Shown here one piece after another: positions 41,601-54,705 of a stretch of 64,000 bases of DNA; within the stretch, counting starts at the first letter, position 1, and the number at the start of each line of letters is the position of its first letter. Below the pieces are notes generated by a model. The model made no database searches. It was not told where the DNA came from and was given only the letters and a program-made list of their open reading frames with translations. Origin of the DNA: Vicugna vicugna (lineage: Eukaryota); contig MU058418.1 of NCBI GenBank assembly GCA_013265495.1, forward strand, positions 496,001-560,000, written 5' to 3'. The position numbers and the translations under genes were made by a program.

Positions 41601-43329
41601 GTTGCACACAACTTAATCAAGACTTTAATGATAAGAAAAGATAGCGAGTCCCTATTGCCTTCCTGCCAGCGGAGTTTTTCCCTCCAGAAAAGAAGTGGGT
41701 TTGGGAAATTCAAATAACTGTCATCTCTTGAGTTCTTACTCTGTGCCAGGCATCGTGTAGGACATATGATGGATTTTCTCTTTTAGTCCTTGCACCGAGT
41801 TTCTGAGCTGGATGTTATGTGCCCCGTGCTCATTGGTGGCACCGGAAGTCAAACTCAGCTCATTACTGGCACCAAATGGCTCTCCTCACCCCTTCCTGTA
41901 CTGACATCTTCAACCACATGGCACATGGGGTGCTCGACCTTTAAGAATTTGCTCTTGCTTTTTCTTGGTTTTCACTTCCTCATAATTCTTGCGTTTATGA
42001 GAATATTTTCTACTTCTAGCTTTTTGTGGGTTACTTTTATGTACCTTTTAAGATTTATAATTATTTAAAAATCTAATTTTTAAATAGGATATAAGTGTAT
42101 CTTGTTTGACACTCCAAACAGTGTATGGTTAGACCCTGACAAGGGATCATTTGCTTTATCATTATCATTGGACTTAAAAAATTAAAATGTGTTGAACACG
42201 TGGGCTGGACACCATTCATTTTGGAGGCTTAGCTGTTCGATTGCCTGCAGCTGCATGTGGTAGAGACTCAACGAATGACGAAGGAATGAACGAGACCTGA
42301 GGAAAAATTATGTTAAGTGCCCTTGTCATTGCTATCTGTGTTCTCTGGGGTCACAATGCCACGTATTGTGGTTTGGTGTAAATATGGGGCAGTGCAACCT
42401 ACAGTTTATGAAACTGGGCAAAACACTTTCTAATTCAAAAGCAAAGGTCTGATATCCCTTAAGGCAAAGAAACAAATGAAATTTCTTTATTACTTTAGGA
42501 TACTTGATTGCATGTAAACACTGCTTGTTAGTATTAGTAAAGGAAGGTTAATACTAGTAATAGTTATATCAAGTGCTCATTCTGATTCCCCTTTTACTAT
42601 TTTCCTCATCAAACCATAACAGTTTTCTGTTCTATGCTTAGGCAAGAACCGCAAGAAGAGTTTTATGCATTTAGAATCCTTTGTCCTTGAAAACATGTCT
42701 CAATCTATCTTCACATCCATGAAAAGATTTAGGTTCCCATTCTCACCTTAGAATCCCATAATCTTACATCTGTAGGATGTGCAGATGAAACCAGAATATT
42801 AGAGAGCTTTGAAAACAAGCAGGCCCCCTAAGGAGAAGGCTGTCGAGTTCAGGGATGATGCGTCCTTCCCCGTCTCCACGCAGAGTTTCTCCTGCTGATG
42901 TACCAGACCCCCCCAGCACACTCCCATTTCCACATGCACTCCCCAGCCTCCCTTCCCTCCCATCCTTCCCTCCTCTCGGCCCCATACCTCAAGGGCAGAA
43001 TACTTAGAGAGGCCATTGCCCTTCACCTGGGTGAGCATGGGGTTTGGGCCCGCTCAGCCTTTGGCTGTGTCCTTGCTGCTTGTGTTGCCTTTGGTCTGTA
43101 GACTCCTTGTGAGGAGCCGGCTCCCGTGACCACCTCCATTTGAGCCGACTTGGGCATCAGTGCTTCACCGTGAAGAGGGGAGACCGGAAGGCAAGATTTC
43201 CCTCTCCCCCAAGAGGACCCACAGAGATGTTTGAGCCACGACTCCTCTGCCTTCCAGTAGTGTCCACAGTTTCTGTTGCTCATTGTCAGCCAAGCTTCCT
43301 TTGCTGACTGTGCCGCTGTGGTGGGGGGT

Positions 43330-43560
43330 CAGGAGCCCGTACCTGGTATCACGAAACCTGCGTTCAAGGCCCAGCTTTGCCTTTATCAGCTCTTAGCTTT
43401 GGACAAGGTACTTAACTTCTCTACCCTTCAGCTTCCTTGCTGGCAAAATGAAGGTGGTAATGGTAACATAGACCTCATCAGGGTGTGTGGAGCTTGAGTG
43501 AGCCAAAGCCTGCAAATTCTTAGCATGATGTCTTGCCCGGAACAAACTTGAGTCTTGTAT
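43330..43560 (+). mobile_element. MIR SINE
   Basis: acctgcgttcaaggcccagctttgcctttatcagc...ttggacaaggtacttaacttctcta...cagcttccttgctggcaaaatg. Confidence 0.75.
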
Positions 43561-46246
43561 TACTGCCAAAGTGACTTTTCTATTGAGTTTTCTTCCTTTG
43601 TGGTGACAGCTCTGTGAAGCAGTCATTGAGTTAGAAGTTTCTGGAAGTGGCCATGGTCTTTCCAGTGGGGTCCAGTCTGTGGTCTGGGAACCTCCTTCCT
43701 GTTGGGCTACCAGTTATATCTAAAACCACACTGGGCAACTGAGGTACCAGAGTGCAGAGGAACTGGAGTAGTTTGGGAAATTTGGTAACTGGAGAGGTTG
43801 GAGGAGGGAGGGAGTAGTGTGGTCAGGAGGGGCCGGGCTGCTCGCCGTGCAGGGAGGCTGCACATCTCTTGTTCCCAGTCACACTAAACAGGGACAGGAT
43901 GTGGAAACCCATGTCCCTTTTTGTCTTTTTCACCTGGGCTTTGATTCCAAAATATACCTCATGGAACTATAACAACAACAACAATAATAATAATGACAGA
44001 GGAGCAAGTGTTAACCAAGGTTGTCATCCAGAAATAGACCTTAACTTACACTCAGCTTCAACAGGTCTTTCCCTCAACACCGGTCAAATTCTGTTGGAAT
44101 GATTATCTCCTATTTAGACATGCCACAGTCCTACCTTTTATTACCTCCATTCATCATCAGCAGAATGGTTGGGATTTAAAATTAAGACTCCAGAGAGTGT
44201 TGTCTGAGAAGATGCCATTACTTATGAAACCTCTTTGCTGCTGTCTTCTGATCTGGGTCCTTGGAGGGGCCGATTGCTCCCAGATTTGGAAACAAAGTGA
44301 TTTAGACTTTGTTCCTCTAACCCTGATGGTACCTCCATTAACAGGTCAAATGGTGTATGGATGGTAATTGAAGCTGTCAGGAGGACCATCTTGTTCAGAA
44401 TTGCGTTCTGACTTCACACTCTGAAAGACCCAGGGGGCAGAGCCAATGGACGGGTCACCCTGTCTTTCTCCTTTGCCCACCTCCATCGCATAAATCACAG
44501 CACCAGTCACGTGGGTCAGAACATTTGTGTGGATGGTGCACAGTAACAGTGAGGGTTTTACTCCTAGACCTGGTCTTTCTTCTTCATGTTCAGGCCAGTT
44601 TAAATCTTCACAAACATTGCACAATTCTCGCTTCTGTTTCTTGCTAAAGAAATCTTATTTTTAAGACTAATTGTGTTTGGGTACCGTTATAAGATGCTGA
44701 CCATAAAACTGTCCAAAGCCAGAGAAGTGACCAGAGTGACCCTCTGGTGGCTGTCCAGAGTGGCCAGTCCAAAGTTAAGTCCATGAGAGACAGCAAACTT
44801 CAGGCAGGCCAAGTACACAGATCAGAGGGTCCAGGTAGGGCCAGAGTCGAGGGTGAGACTAGAGAGCTGGGAGTGGTATGGAAGGGAACCAATGACAAGA
44901 GTGCAGGGTGATTGCTGAGGTCAGCCTTGGGGGCCCCTACAGTCCCATATTGCAGGTTATTAGGCCCCCAGGGGACAGGACTGACTGAGGCTTAGCATAT
45001 GAACCATTCAGAGAAGACGTAGGCAACTCTGTTGTATCTAGACCTTGATGATGGCATTTCTGTTGTTGCTGATGGGAGAAAAATTTAAGAATGGTCTGAG
45101 CACTGAAACTTTATTATGGATAACAATTGTGACATCATGGTCTTTGACAAATATCACTGCTAATTCAGAATTTATAGTCCTTGACCTCAGAATTAGAAAT
45201 TAATTCAAGGAGACCATTTGTTTCAGTTTGTGACTCATAGCTATCCATGACCACTATCACCGGGGTATGCCCTTTGAGTTCTTTCTTCCAGAAGTAGTGA
45301 GAGACGTGCCCCGATTCATCCACATTCTCTCACATGTTTTCCAGTGTCTGTCTCCTTTTTGCCAAGACTTGTATGCATATGATGTGGCAGGTCATGTAGA
45401 AGGGTGTGTTCTGTGAGGCAGACATGGAGCAAGCTAACTCTCCCAGGACTATGACCCAAGCCCCTAGCATTGTCTTCCCACCACCTGAGCTAATTAGGCA
45501 TCGACCTGATCAGGGCTGCATTACCGTTGCTCCGTCTCAATTATTCTAGTAGTGGAGGGGGCTATGGGGTTGAGCAGAGGCTGTGAGTTGGCCTTTGGCT
45601 CTCCATGCTCCACCTTTGAAGAATCACCACTGTCCAGGCCTGTTTCTCCTTTAAAGCAAGTCCAAGGACTTGATTTCATCAATTTGTGTAAGAGTCTCCA
45701 CTGCTTGGATGAACTGACCCGTGTTAACCAAAGTCACAATCTGCATTTTTATGCCAGAGTGCCAAGACTAAATGAGATAAGACACACAAACATCCTTTAG
45801 AGTCTGAATAGCATTATCTACAGGAATATTAAAAAATTATATGATCATATTGATAATGCTTTTAGAAATTCACAGAGGAAATTCTTTAGGATCTGAATAG
45901 TTGAGTGAACTCCGTAGGACATCCTTCTGAAATTGATAGGCATAGGTGTCCTAATCAATGATCCAAGCTTATTTAATAAGAATCAGGTTAAAGAGGTTGG
46001 TTTGTTTTAAGGATTAATTTTATGGATTTTTAAGTACTGTCTCCCTCAGGCTGTGCCAGAGCACTGCTGACTCGTGCTTGCTCTTGGATTTCTTTTCCTA
46101 GGCTCTTTTCAGACCACCACATCCCCGTTAGTTATACGTACCATTAAATATCCTCATTTTCTGATTTCCTTGGTGTATTCAATCTTGGAATGCTAAAACC
46201 AAAGAATTAGGAAAACCTCCCTTAAGTAATGAATAATATATATTTA

Positions 46247-46356
46247 GGGGGGTGGGTGTAGCTCAGTGGTATAACTCAATGCTAGCTCATGCACTTAGCA
46301 TACACAAGGTCCTGGGTTCAATCTCCAGTATCTCCATTCTTTAAAAAAAGAAAAAA
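46247..46356 (+). mobile_element. tRNA-Ala-derived SINE (vic-1-like) with duplicated A-box segment
   Basis: ggggggtgggtgtagctcagtgg...cttagcatacacaaggtcctgggttcaatctccagtatctcca followed by an A-rich tail; flanked by atatattta-like direct repeats. Confidence 0.87.
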
Positions 46357-46444
46357 TATATATACATATATTTAAAAATTAATGACATCAGTATTTTCAA
46401 GTTATTCCGAATTGATTTTTTTAAATCACTAGCAGATCATCAGG

Positions 46445-46715
46445 GTTTAGAGTGGTGGCTGTGGAGGCAGACTGCCTAAGTTTAAATCTTGGTTCCAGCA
46501 TTCATTAGTTGTGTGACTTTGTGTAAACTACATAATCTCTCTGTGCTCCAATTTCCTCATATAAAAATGGAGGCTAGTACCTACTTCTTAAGGTTTTGCT
46601 TTTGTTTTGTTATACGTTTGGGTATGTGTGTTAAGTGGGTTCATACGTGTAAAGCACTTAGAGCAGCGTCTGGTGCGTACATAAGAGCTGCAGAAATGTT
46701 AGCTGCTACTATTAA
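46445..46715 (+). mobile_element. MIR SINE, near full length
   Basis: ggcagactgcctaagtttaaatcttggttccagca...ataatctctctgtgctccaatttcctcatataaaaatgg...tgtaaagcacttagagcagcgtctgg. Confidence 0.85.
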
Positions 46716-49028
46716 TCTCTGAAAATATCCAGAGCGGTATCTTCATCTGGTTCTAGCGCATTTCTTATTCCCACTGGAGGCCAAGTTATTTTGCCGGAGA
46801 CTTCCTGTGGATAGTAAATCTCCTCTGTAACATCTGGATCCTTTCCTAGCCTTACAGATGAGGTCCTGGAGTCTCATTCCATCCCTTGCCTGTTTCACAT
46901 TTTCTCTAATTTCTCAGGTCCATCATGAGGTCTGTATATAAAGACATGAGTCCAGCCCCTTCTGCCTAGTGCTTTCAGAGAACAAGAATAAAAGGACCAC
47001 CTGAAATGCCTAGAGTAGGCCAATAATTTGAACATTTTATAGATGGCAACCAGTAGCAAAGTGGAGTCATCTGCATTTCCCAGTCTTTTGTTTCCCCACT
47101 AGGGTCCCCGGGTAATAGATGCAAAGGAATAGTGAAAAGCCAAAAGGCAAGTGATGGGCGGAGGCGGGTGGTGGGGGAAGGGAAGCAATCAAGGAGTCTG
47201 GATAGCCCACCGTGGATCAAGGGTCCTGGGGTGATCAGAAGCAGCCTGGGATGTGATGGTGGTGCCATTTTAGCAGAGACTCGAGAGGAAGGGGCCACAT
47301 GCTCCAACTGCTGGGCTCTACCTGTGGTCACTTTGAAAAAAATAATTCTTACGAAACAAAGACACTCAGGTGACTTGACAAAGAGCAGTGTAAGATAAAG
47401 CCAGAAGGGTCACCTGTTCAATAAAGGGAAAATAGATTTTAAAAAATGAAAAGCAAAACCAGGGATTTCAGAACTGCTTAGCAACTGCTCTGATTATTCC
47501 AGACACAGCTGTAAGGTGCTGGGACAAGGATGATATACTTCAGTTCATGTGGTAGCTGTATTTCAGGCTGATGGGGAATCTGTTGCTGTAACTGTCATGC
47601 AATCCATTAGGCCCCTGAGTGAGGGCAACCATTAATCAGGCAGGAGATCAGCCCTGTAGCCTCACACGCTTGCAGCTCCGAGCAGCTCTGACCTGGCATC
47701 ATTTAAGGAGATGCTCGTGGAGGCCATAAACACGATTCGATTCCCATTATCTTCATGTTGCCTGTTTGTTACCGTTATTCTTTGAAGACTCCAAATTGGA
47801 TATTAAAAATTTATGGTATATATAAAGGTTTGTATGGAGTGAAAAAATAACTGCAGCAAATAAGTCCATCTCATCCATCAGAGATGTGTGAGCTGTCAGA
47901 GGAGCCGGAAGCCGTATGGAGAGAGCCCCTCCGCTTGCCAGTTGAGGGGGATGGAGAATTAGGAGGAACTTCGCTGGGGGGTACAGCATCTCAGTGGGAG
48001 TTTAAATTCATTTTGTTAAAAGAACAGTGTAAAACAGCACCACTGGGAATCCCATAGTCTTCAATGACAAGCTAGTAAAAGGAAGGGCAGAGGATCGCGA
48101 TGCAAAGGTTAGTAGCAGCGTGAATTGAGCAGGTGCCTGGGTCTGCACATTGATGTTTCTGGGTGCCTGGGGTATCTCCAGAGCAGGGAGCCCAATGCCA
48201 AGTGGGAGTCCTCTGTCTAAGAGAAAGCTCTCTACCCAAGCTGCATGCACAAACAGAATCCTGTCCACGACCCATCTACCACCTGGTGTTCAGTGACTTG
48301 AATGTGTACTTACATAAAAACAGCTCACACTTAGTGGGATCCACTTGTAGAGGTCGGTAATTCAGAGTAGAGAAAAACACGACACTTCTGGGCCTTGGTT
48401 TAAGGAAGATCGAAGGGTCAATGAGTCCATTCAACATATATTTACAGGATTGTTATATAGGGGACTTACTGAGCATGGAGGCTTCCTACATTATGCAGCG
48501 TCTCTGCCTTCAGGCAGTTTCCATTCTGGTAAGGAAGATAAGACAGGAGGCATAACCAGGGTGAGTTACAGCAGAGTCCTAGGCTGACTCAGGGCACTAT
48601 GACTAGGTGAGATGGCAGAAACAGGGAGCAAGGCACCAGGTTGGTTAATCTAGGAACAGAATTTGGGGGATGAGAATCTATTAGGCAAAAACCAGAGGTT
48701 AGACTGGCGTTTGTTAGGCAGGTCAGTTCTGGTGGGAGGTGGAGGGGAGAAACGTGGGACAGAAGGATTATTGGCTAAAGTCCAAATTAAGTACCAGATC
48801 TGCAGGCTAATACTCTAGTGTCTGACCAAGTGGGAGGGACGGGTGTTGGGCAGAAGGGCATGGAATAGTCAGTGAAGATCCAGTTGTGAGGCAAGGGCCA
48901 TCAGAGAGATCCAGCAGAGGCCGGTGGAGACTCAGTATGGAGAGTACTCCTGGGTTCAGGGCAGAACACTCACCTCTGGGGCTGGAGTGCAACGCAGAAT
49001 GTCCAGGTTCTTGGTTAAAGGATGAGAA

Positions 49029-49400
49029 CTCATTCATGCACACACTCACTCACTCACTGTTTGTGGAGCGCTTATAATATGCCGGGCATTAAAATTAGAT
49101 GAGGCTCTAGCGATTTGCAGCTGAATAGACCACAGTTTCCGCACTAAGGACCTCACAGATTAATGGGGAAGGCAGACACATGGATGGTCATAGTACAGGG
49201 CAGTGGATGGAGTGGATACAGGAGAGAGACAGATTGGCACAGAGCCAAGGTCAGACCAGGAGAAAGAGGTCTCAAATGGGTTCCTAAAGGAGCCACAGTC
49301 TGAATGTAGGCTTAAAAGGGGTCTAAGAATTTTCTAGAAATGAGAAGGAGAGATGGAATCTCCTCTGGGAAAATGAGGCAAAGGACAGGCATCCAGCTGA
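49029..49400 (-). mobile_element. L2 LINE 3' fragment
   Basis: ctcattcatgcacacactcactcactcactgtttgtggagcgcttataatatgccgggcatt...ggggaaggcagaca. Confidence 0.7.
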
Positions 49401-51224
49401 AGGGAGCTGGGCTTTCTGTCCTGAGGAAGTGGGCCCCGGAGAGGAGAATAACTGGGCAGTAACTCAAGTGGAAGCAGGAGCTGGTCAGTGGGCCTCCCTG
49501 TGTTGTCCCAGCCCAGGGCCAGCACTGGCTGAACCTCACTGAGGGGCAAAGAAGCTGGGCTGCTGTTTACATCAAGTTCACCAAGATGTTCACCACACAC
49601 TGAGAGGCTGGATGTGACAGCTGCCATTTATTCCTCTCTGAGCTTCCTCCAGAGTGTGTGTGTGGGCATTCAACCAAGGAAGGACAGACCAGAAGTGGCA
49701 TAAGAGAAAACGAAGTTCCAAGGACTTTCAGAAGTGGTCTCCCCATGCTTTCATCTTGAATTTTGAAAAGAAATTCTGTTACTTCTGGTTCAAAAAAAAA
49801 AATTATAAAATAGAAAATTCTTTTCTACAACTATGCATCTCTGAACTTATTCCCGCAACTTTGGGAGGCACTATTTTTGATGTTCCCAAGTCTAGTCACC
49901 ACACCACATGTGTGAGCTGACATGTGCTACATCTGCTAAAAAGTTGGGAAGCTAAGTCTGGAAGCTCTGCTGCGCTCTCCCGAGCTCTGATTCCAGGCAG
50001 AAGCTTTTCTTGTTTTCAAAAGGAATTCTGAAATCACAGTGACACGGAGGTGTAAACTCCCATTCATCATCCAGAGGATTAACTCAGAAGCCTTGTTATC
50101 TTTCCACTTAAATGGCAAGTATTAACCTTTTCCTTGAGTCAGAAACACCTCACTTTTCTAGGGTAGGCCAGTGGAGCTGTTTTTTTGTTTTTTGTTTTTT
50201 TTAAAGAATGTTCCACATTTTCTAAAGGAGTCCTCCAGAGAAGAAAAAAATGCTGATCTTGCTTGGATATGCACATGACACCAAGGCTCTGGCCCAAAAG
50301 AAGAATTGGATTCTTTGAAAGAGAGCAAAAATTTGCTGTGTGTAAGAATTAAAATTTACAATATGAATTAGTGATGATTTACAGGGAAAGAGAGGTGAAC
50401 ATAAAGTTTCTTTAAGCCAGAGATATTTGAGGTAGAGAGGCAATTAGTCTAAGTTTCTCACATAATCTAATATTTATTCAAACGCTGAGCACGGCATGGA
50501 AATGGGTGCATGACTGACAGCAAGGTGGGAAAATCCCCTTGCAGTTTAATTGAAGGCTTTTAATTTTTATTTCTATTTTATGGCAAGAAATGAAGGCTTC
50601 TTAGACTCATAGGTCAAAAATGCACCTTTGGTCTGAAAATCACGTTTGTAGCAAAATGTAAAAACAGCTTCCTGTTTGCTTTTCCCCATGGTTGGCATAA
50701 GTATCTAGCATATTAGTCAGAATAAAGCTGTAGAGAGTGACACATGGAGAGAGTTAGTTCATTGTGATGTGTCTTGACATTCCTTCTGTCAGAACTGGTC
50801 ACTTCAGAACAAAGTCAGACATCAGCCCAGTTTGCCAGGCCCGGTGGATACGAGAGCCACTGGTAGTGGTGGTCGGGGAGGGGTTGTCCACCTCGAGACA
50901 GGCAATTAAAGGAGGCACTGCCTGTGGAGCATTCAAGAACAAAAATAAAAGCAGCTGAAAGTCTGTCTGCTTGGTGGTGTTCCTATGAGCAGTGATTCTG
51001 AACAATTTCAGTGTTTCACATCCTCCGTACAGGGGTCGTCAGCTCCCTCTGTCCCCTCCACCTCCATTGTCTGCCACCCAGAAAGGGGTCAGTGCAGAAT
51101 AAGGCACTGGCTTCTACACGGGAGGTTAGAAAACATACTGAAATGAATGATGGATGTGGATGTAGGGTGAGGAAGTTCTAATGGATTTTGTCTAACGCTG
51201 CCGCCAAGCTGCTGTGGAGTGATA

Positions 51225-51470
51225 ATACAGCCCATTCCTACAGGGCACTTACTGTGCTCCAGGAGGTGGTGGGGGCCAGAGATCCAATGGTGAGAAGCCA
51301 GACGCCATCCCTGCCCTTGGGAAGCTTGCGGTCTAGTGAGGCAGACAGAAATCACAACAGCCAGTGTAAGGGTGCACCTGTGTCAGGCCTAAGAGAGGGC
51401 AGAGTGGAGATATTTGACTTGATTAGAGAGATTCAGGAAGGCCTTTCTGAAGAGAAGGTATTGCAGTTCT
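51225..51470 (-). mobile_element. L2 LINE 3' fragment
   Basis: ggcacttactgtgctccagg...ccctgcccttgggaagcttgcggtctagtgaggcagacaga...tcaggaaggcctttctgaagagaagg. Confidence 0.72.
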
Positions 51471-51686
51471 GCTAGGATTATTTGTCATACCAGAAATTAA
51501 AACTCAATAAACAAATAAAGAGAATTTTTTGCCCAGGCCGCTAATCATATAATCTCTTAAAATCTTTAGGGTAATTCCTAGCCCTACTGCTGGGGCCACG
51601 TCCTGTCTCCGAGTGTGGCATAGCTGTTCACTTCCGTGGGCCTGGGACCCGGCTAGAGACCATTCTGATGCCTCTGCCCAGTAGGT

Positions 51687-51909
51687 CAGTAGTTCTCAGG
51701 CTGTCTGTGCATTACAATCACCTGAGAGCTTAAAAACAAACAAACAAACAAAAAGCCACAAAAAACCCCACACATGTCCAGGCCCTATCCTGGACCGATT
51801 AAATCAGAATCTTGGAAACATGGCTGGGAAGGGGAGGTCAGGCATCCATATGTTAAAAAAAAAACACCTCACATGATTCTAATAATGCAGCCGGAACAGA
51901 GAACTACTG
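51687..51909. mobile_element. MER5A-like hAT-Charlie MITE
   Basis: Perfect 11-bp TIRs cagtagttctc / gagaactactg; internal acaatcacctgagagctt, ttaaatcagaatct, tgattctaat; degenerate 8-bp TSD cagtaggt / ccttagat. Confidence 0.88.
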
Positions 51910-54609
51910 CCTTAGATGAATGCACTTAATTTCACTTTGTCTGATAATAATAATTTAAAAATTTACATTAAAAACCTGAGAGTGCAAAGGGAATTGCTTT
52001 GGTGAGAGGTATGTGAGTGCTTGTGTGTGCACACACATGTGAGGGTGATGGCGTGGGGTCTCCCTGCATGTCCTGTGCTTTCTGTCTCTGTGGCCTGTGA
52101 TGGACACGCAGCAGATGGCGGGAGGATGGAATTTCTTGGACTCAGGAAGCAGCTTGGTTAGAGGCAGACCATTCCAAGGGCTGTGGAGTGTGATGCAGAG
52201 GCAAATACATGTCTCAGTAAAGAAGCAGATTTCTGCCTTTCTCTCTCTACTTCTAATCACCCCAGCTCTCCTCCTTTTTCTTCCACTGCTGTTTTATTTA
52301 ACCTCATAAATTATGAGCCTTTATATTGAAAATCCTAGCCCCTTTGAGGAAGCACTTCAAACCTTAGTGGGGTTTTTTGTCCTTTAAAAGCATAAAAAGC
52401 ATTGTAAACACCTTACATGTAAGTGAAATGAATGTATTTTTGCCACTAATGTTGAAAATATCCCCAGGCATCTGGTGTGTATGAATGTGTATACATTGTA
52501 CATGCATAATAAACATATTCTACCTTATGAATATTTATACATGAGATACATATATATTGAATGTAGACATACATATGTAAATAGTAGCCCTTGTAAACTA
52601 TATGCAAAGTATGTTTCCAAGCATATGTATCATAGTGTATCAGGAATATAATAATCCTACCACCAAGTTTAGCATATTTTGAGGTGGCATTTTCTACAGA
52701 GTTGTTTGTGGTAGGGTCTAGTTATTATCCATGTATGTTTTTTTTTCATCGCTGAGATGTTTGTGAAGCACCAGCTAGAAGTAAGACACTGGGCATGGCA
52801 GAGTGAGAAAGATGACATAGATGTGGTCCCTGCCTTCAAGAGACATGTACCTCACAGAGTGGCTTAAAATTCATTTAAGAAGAATCTAACGTGTTTGCTA
52901 CTCATTAGCATCTCATTGCTTTTTGTATAGCTGCCTTTTATTATGCACTCTGCTTTAAAAAGGCTGTATTAGCTTACACCCTGATGTAGCTGCAGAGTAG
53001 AACTGGTGCTGGGAGAAGAAATGTCAGTGGTTTCAGTGTCTTGATAGCCTTTGGCCATGAACATGCTTACACTTTTTTGTCTGTCACATATAGTCCAGTC
53101 CTATAACTGCATTTTCATTTTACTCTGCTTTGGCAGAGAGCCTCAAAAAGGTACATTAAATGACACTAAATCCCTGAGATGTTTATGAATCTCACAAATG
53201 AAACCAAAACACAGCCTTCTCTTCTCCCTAAAACTTCTTGTGACCCAAATATTACCACTCTGACAGTCCACTTCTAAATTCCATCCAGCTCCCTCCCTGC
53301 ACTAAGTAGCAGAAGCCTCTATTAAAGACAAGCTATATATTCTACAATGTACAGAATCAGGATCCCTTGCTAGAATGGCGATCCCCAGTCTAGCTGAGAG
53401 CTCTCGTCAGCGGCAGACTTCATGCCATTAAAAGAGAACCAATACATCAGCACTGCCATCGCTATGCACAGACGTCTGCGCATTGTTTTCTCCCCCTCAA
53501 TCCATACATCACAACAGGTAGTTCTCAGCTGTTCCCCCCGTGCCAGACATGCATTTTATCTGAAGAGACAGCAGACAGAACTACCTGCTGCTTCCTGTGC
53601 GGCTCTCCCTGTGTTTCTCTCCTTTTTCCTTCTTCACTTGGGCTTTTCAAAATCAGCTGGCAGGGAGCCAGGAGCTCATCATTTTAATGCAGCGCAAAAT
53701 GGAATATGCATAATTATATGCAAGCCATATGTGAGGGAGACAGCTCAGCTGTGAATTCCAGGAGGCCAGGAAAGAGAGAGCAGTTAGGGCTGAGATAAGA
53801 TAAGAGCAGAGTGGAGTGCAAGTGTCACCCAAATGAATGGTTTAATGAGTGTGCTGCAGACACGCCTCCTTTCACCTACCTCTTTCTTCTCTCCAACTCC
53901 AAACCAGAAACCGATGGAGATTAGAAAGAGAAGACTCCATGCAAGGGGTATTGCTAATGGGTTCTGTTAATGTCTCCATTTAAACTTCAGCTTTCTTAAT
54001 TAACAGTGTAGATCAAAATAACCAGTAACTTTTAATGCAGCTTCTTAATTAAACCTTTTTTTTTACTGTATTTGATTGAAGAATCATTGTTCTTACTAGA
54101 TCATTGCTCCTTTCAGATCTTTATTTAAAAATTGAGGAGAATCAGTTTATCTCTAATAGTATTATAATGCAAAATATAACTATGCAGATTGCTTTTCTTA
54201 TGGCCTTGCTATTAGAATTTTTTAAAAGTGCATTATCTAGAGATTGCTTAAGCATGCCAAAAAGTTTAAACACGTATGTATGTCATATAATCCTAAATGT
54301 GCAACAAAAAGTCACTGGAATTCTGAAGTGGTGGCAATTTTCAACAAAATTATTTGATTTTGGTTTGTTTCGTATCATTTTAAATATAACACCACAGTGA
54401 ATTTGCATGTTCAAGCTGAACGATGTAAAGAAAAATAAATCCCAAATTTTGATATCTAAAAGGCGTACTGCGTATTTAAACAAACTTCTTAATAATGTTG
54501 TTATTTCTGGATTCCCGTTTGTTTAATGATCTGAGCTGTTATGCTTTTAGCTTTTTTTTTTCTTCCATTATTTGTAAGTCCCTAAATAGGCCATTATATT
54601 TCCCTTCAG

Positions 54610-54705
54610 GCTAGAGATGAAGATGGACATGCTGAAAATTTTCCCCAGCAGCACTATGCTAAGGAAACTCCAAGGCTTGCCTTCAAGAATAACTGCGAAC
54701 TACTT
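54610..54705 (+). CDS. SOBP: SOBP internal coding exon (equivalent to human exon 5), linker between the two FCS zinc fingers
   Basis: Acceptor tttcccttcag ends at 54609; donor CTT|gtaaga starts at 54706; 96 nt, phase 0-0. Translation [32 protein letters not shown] continues in frame from ...YFKRNK, as in SOBP. Confidence 0.97.

Larger units (their letters stand above)
4902..54609 (+). other. SOBP: SOBP GT-AG intron, 49,708 nt
   Basis: Bounded by gtaaga (4902) and ttcag (54609); joining the two exons gives a contiguous SOBP peptide. Confidence 0.93.

Noticed and set aside
44690..45010. Possible very old LTR remnants (also ~33820-34350 and ~48540-48800)
   Set aside because: Composition is suggestive, but I could not match diagnostic motifs or boundaries; needs RepeatMasker/Dfam.
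53914..53947. Alternative first coding exon (ATG GAG ATT...G|gtattg) splicing to the 96-nt exon
   Set aside because: The donor is weak and phase 1, whereas the 54610 exon needs phase 0.
54551..54573. 23-nt microexon between ttttag and gtaagt
   Set aside because: Almost pure pyrimidine, and the downstream intron would be only 36 nt, too short for normal splicing.
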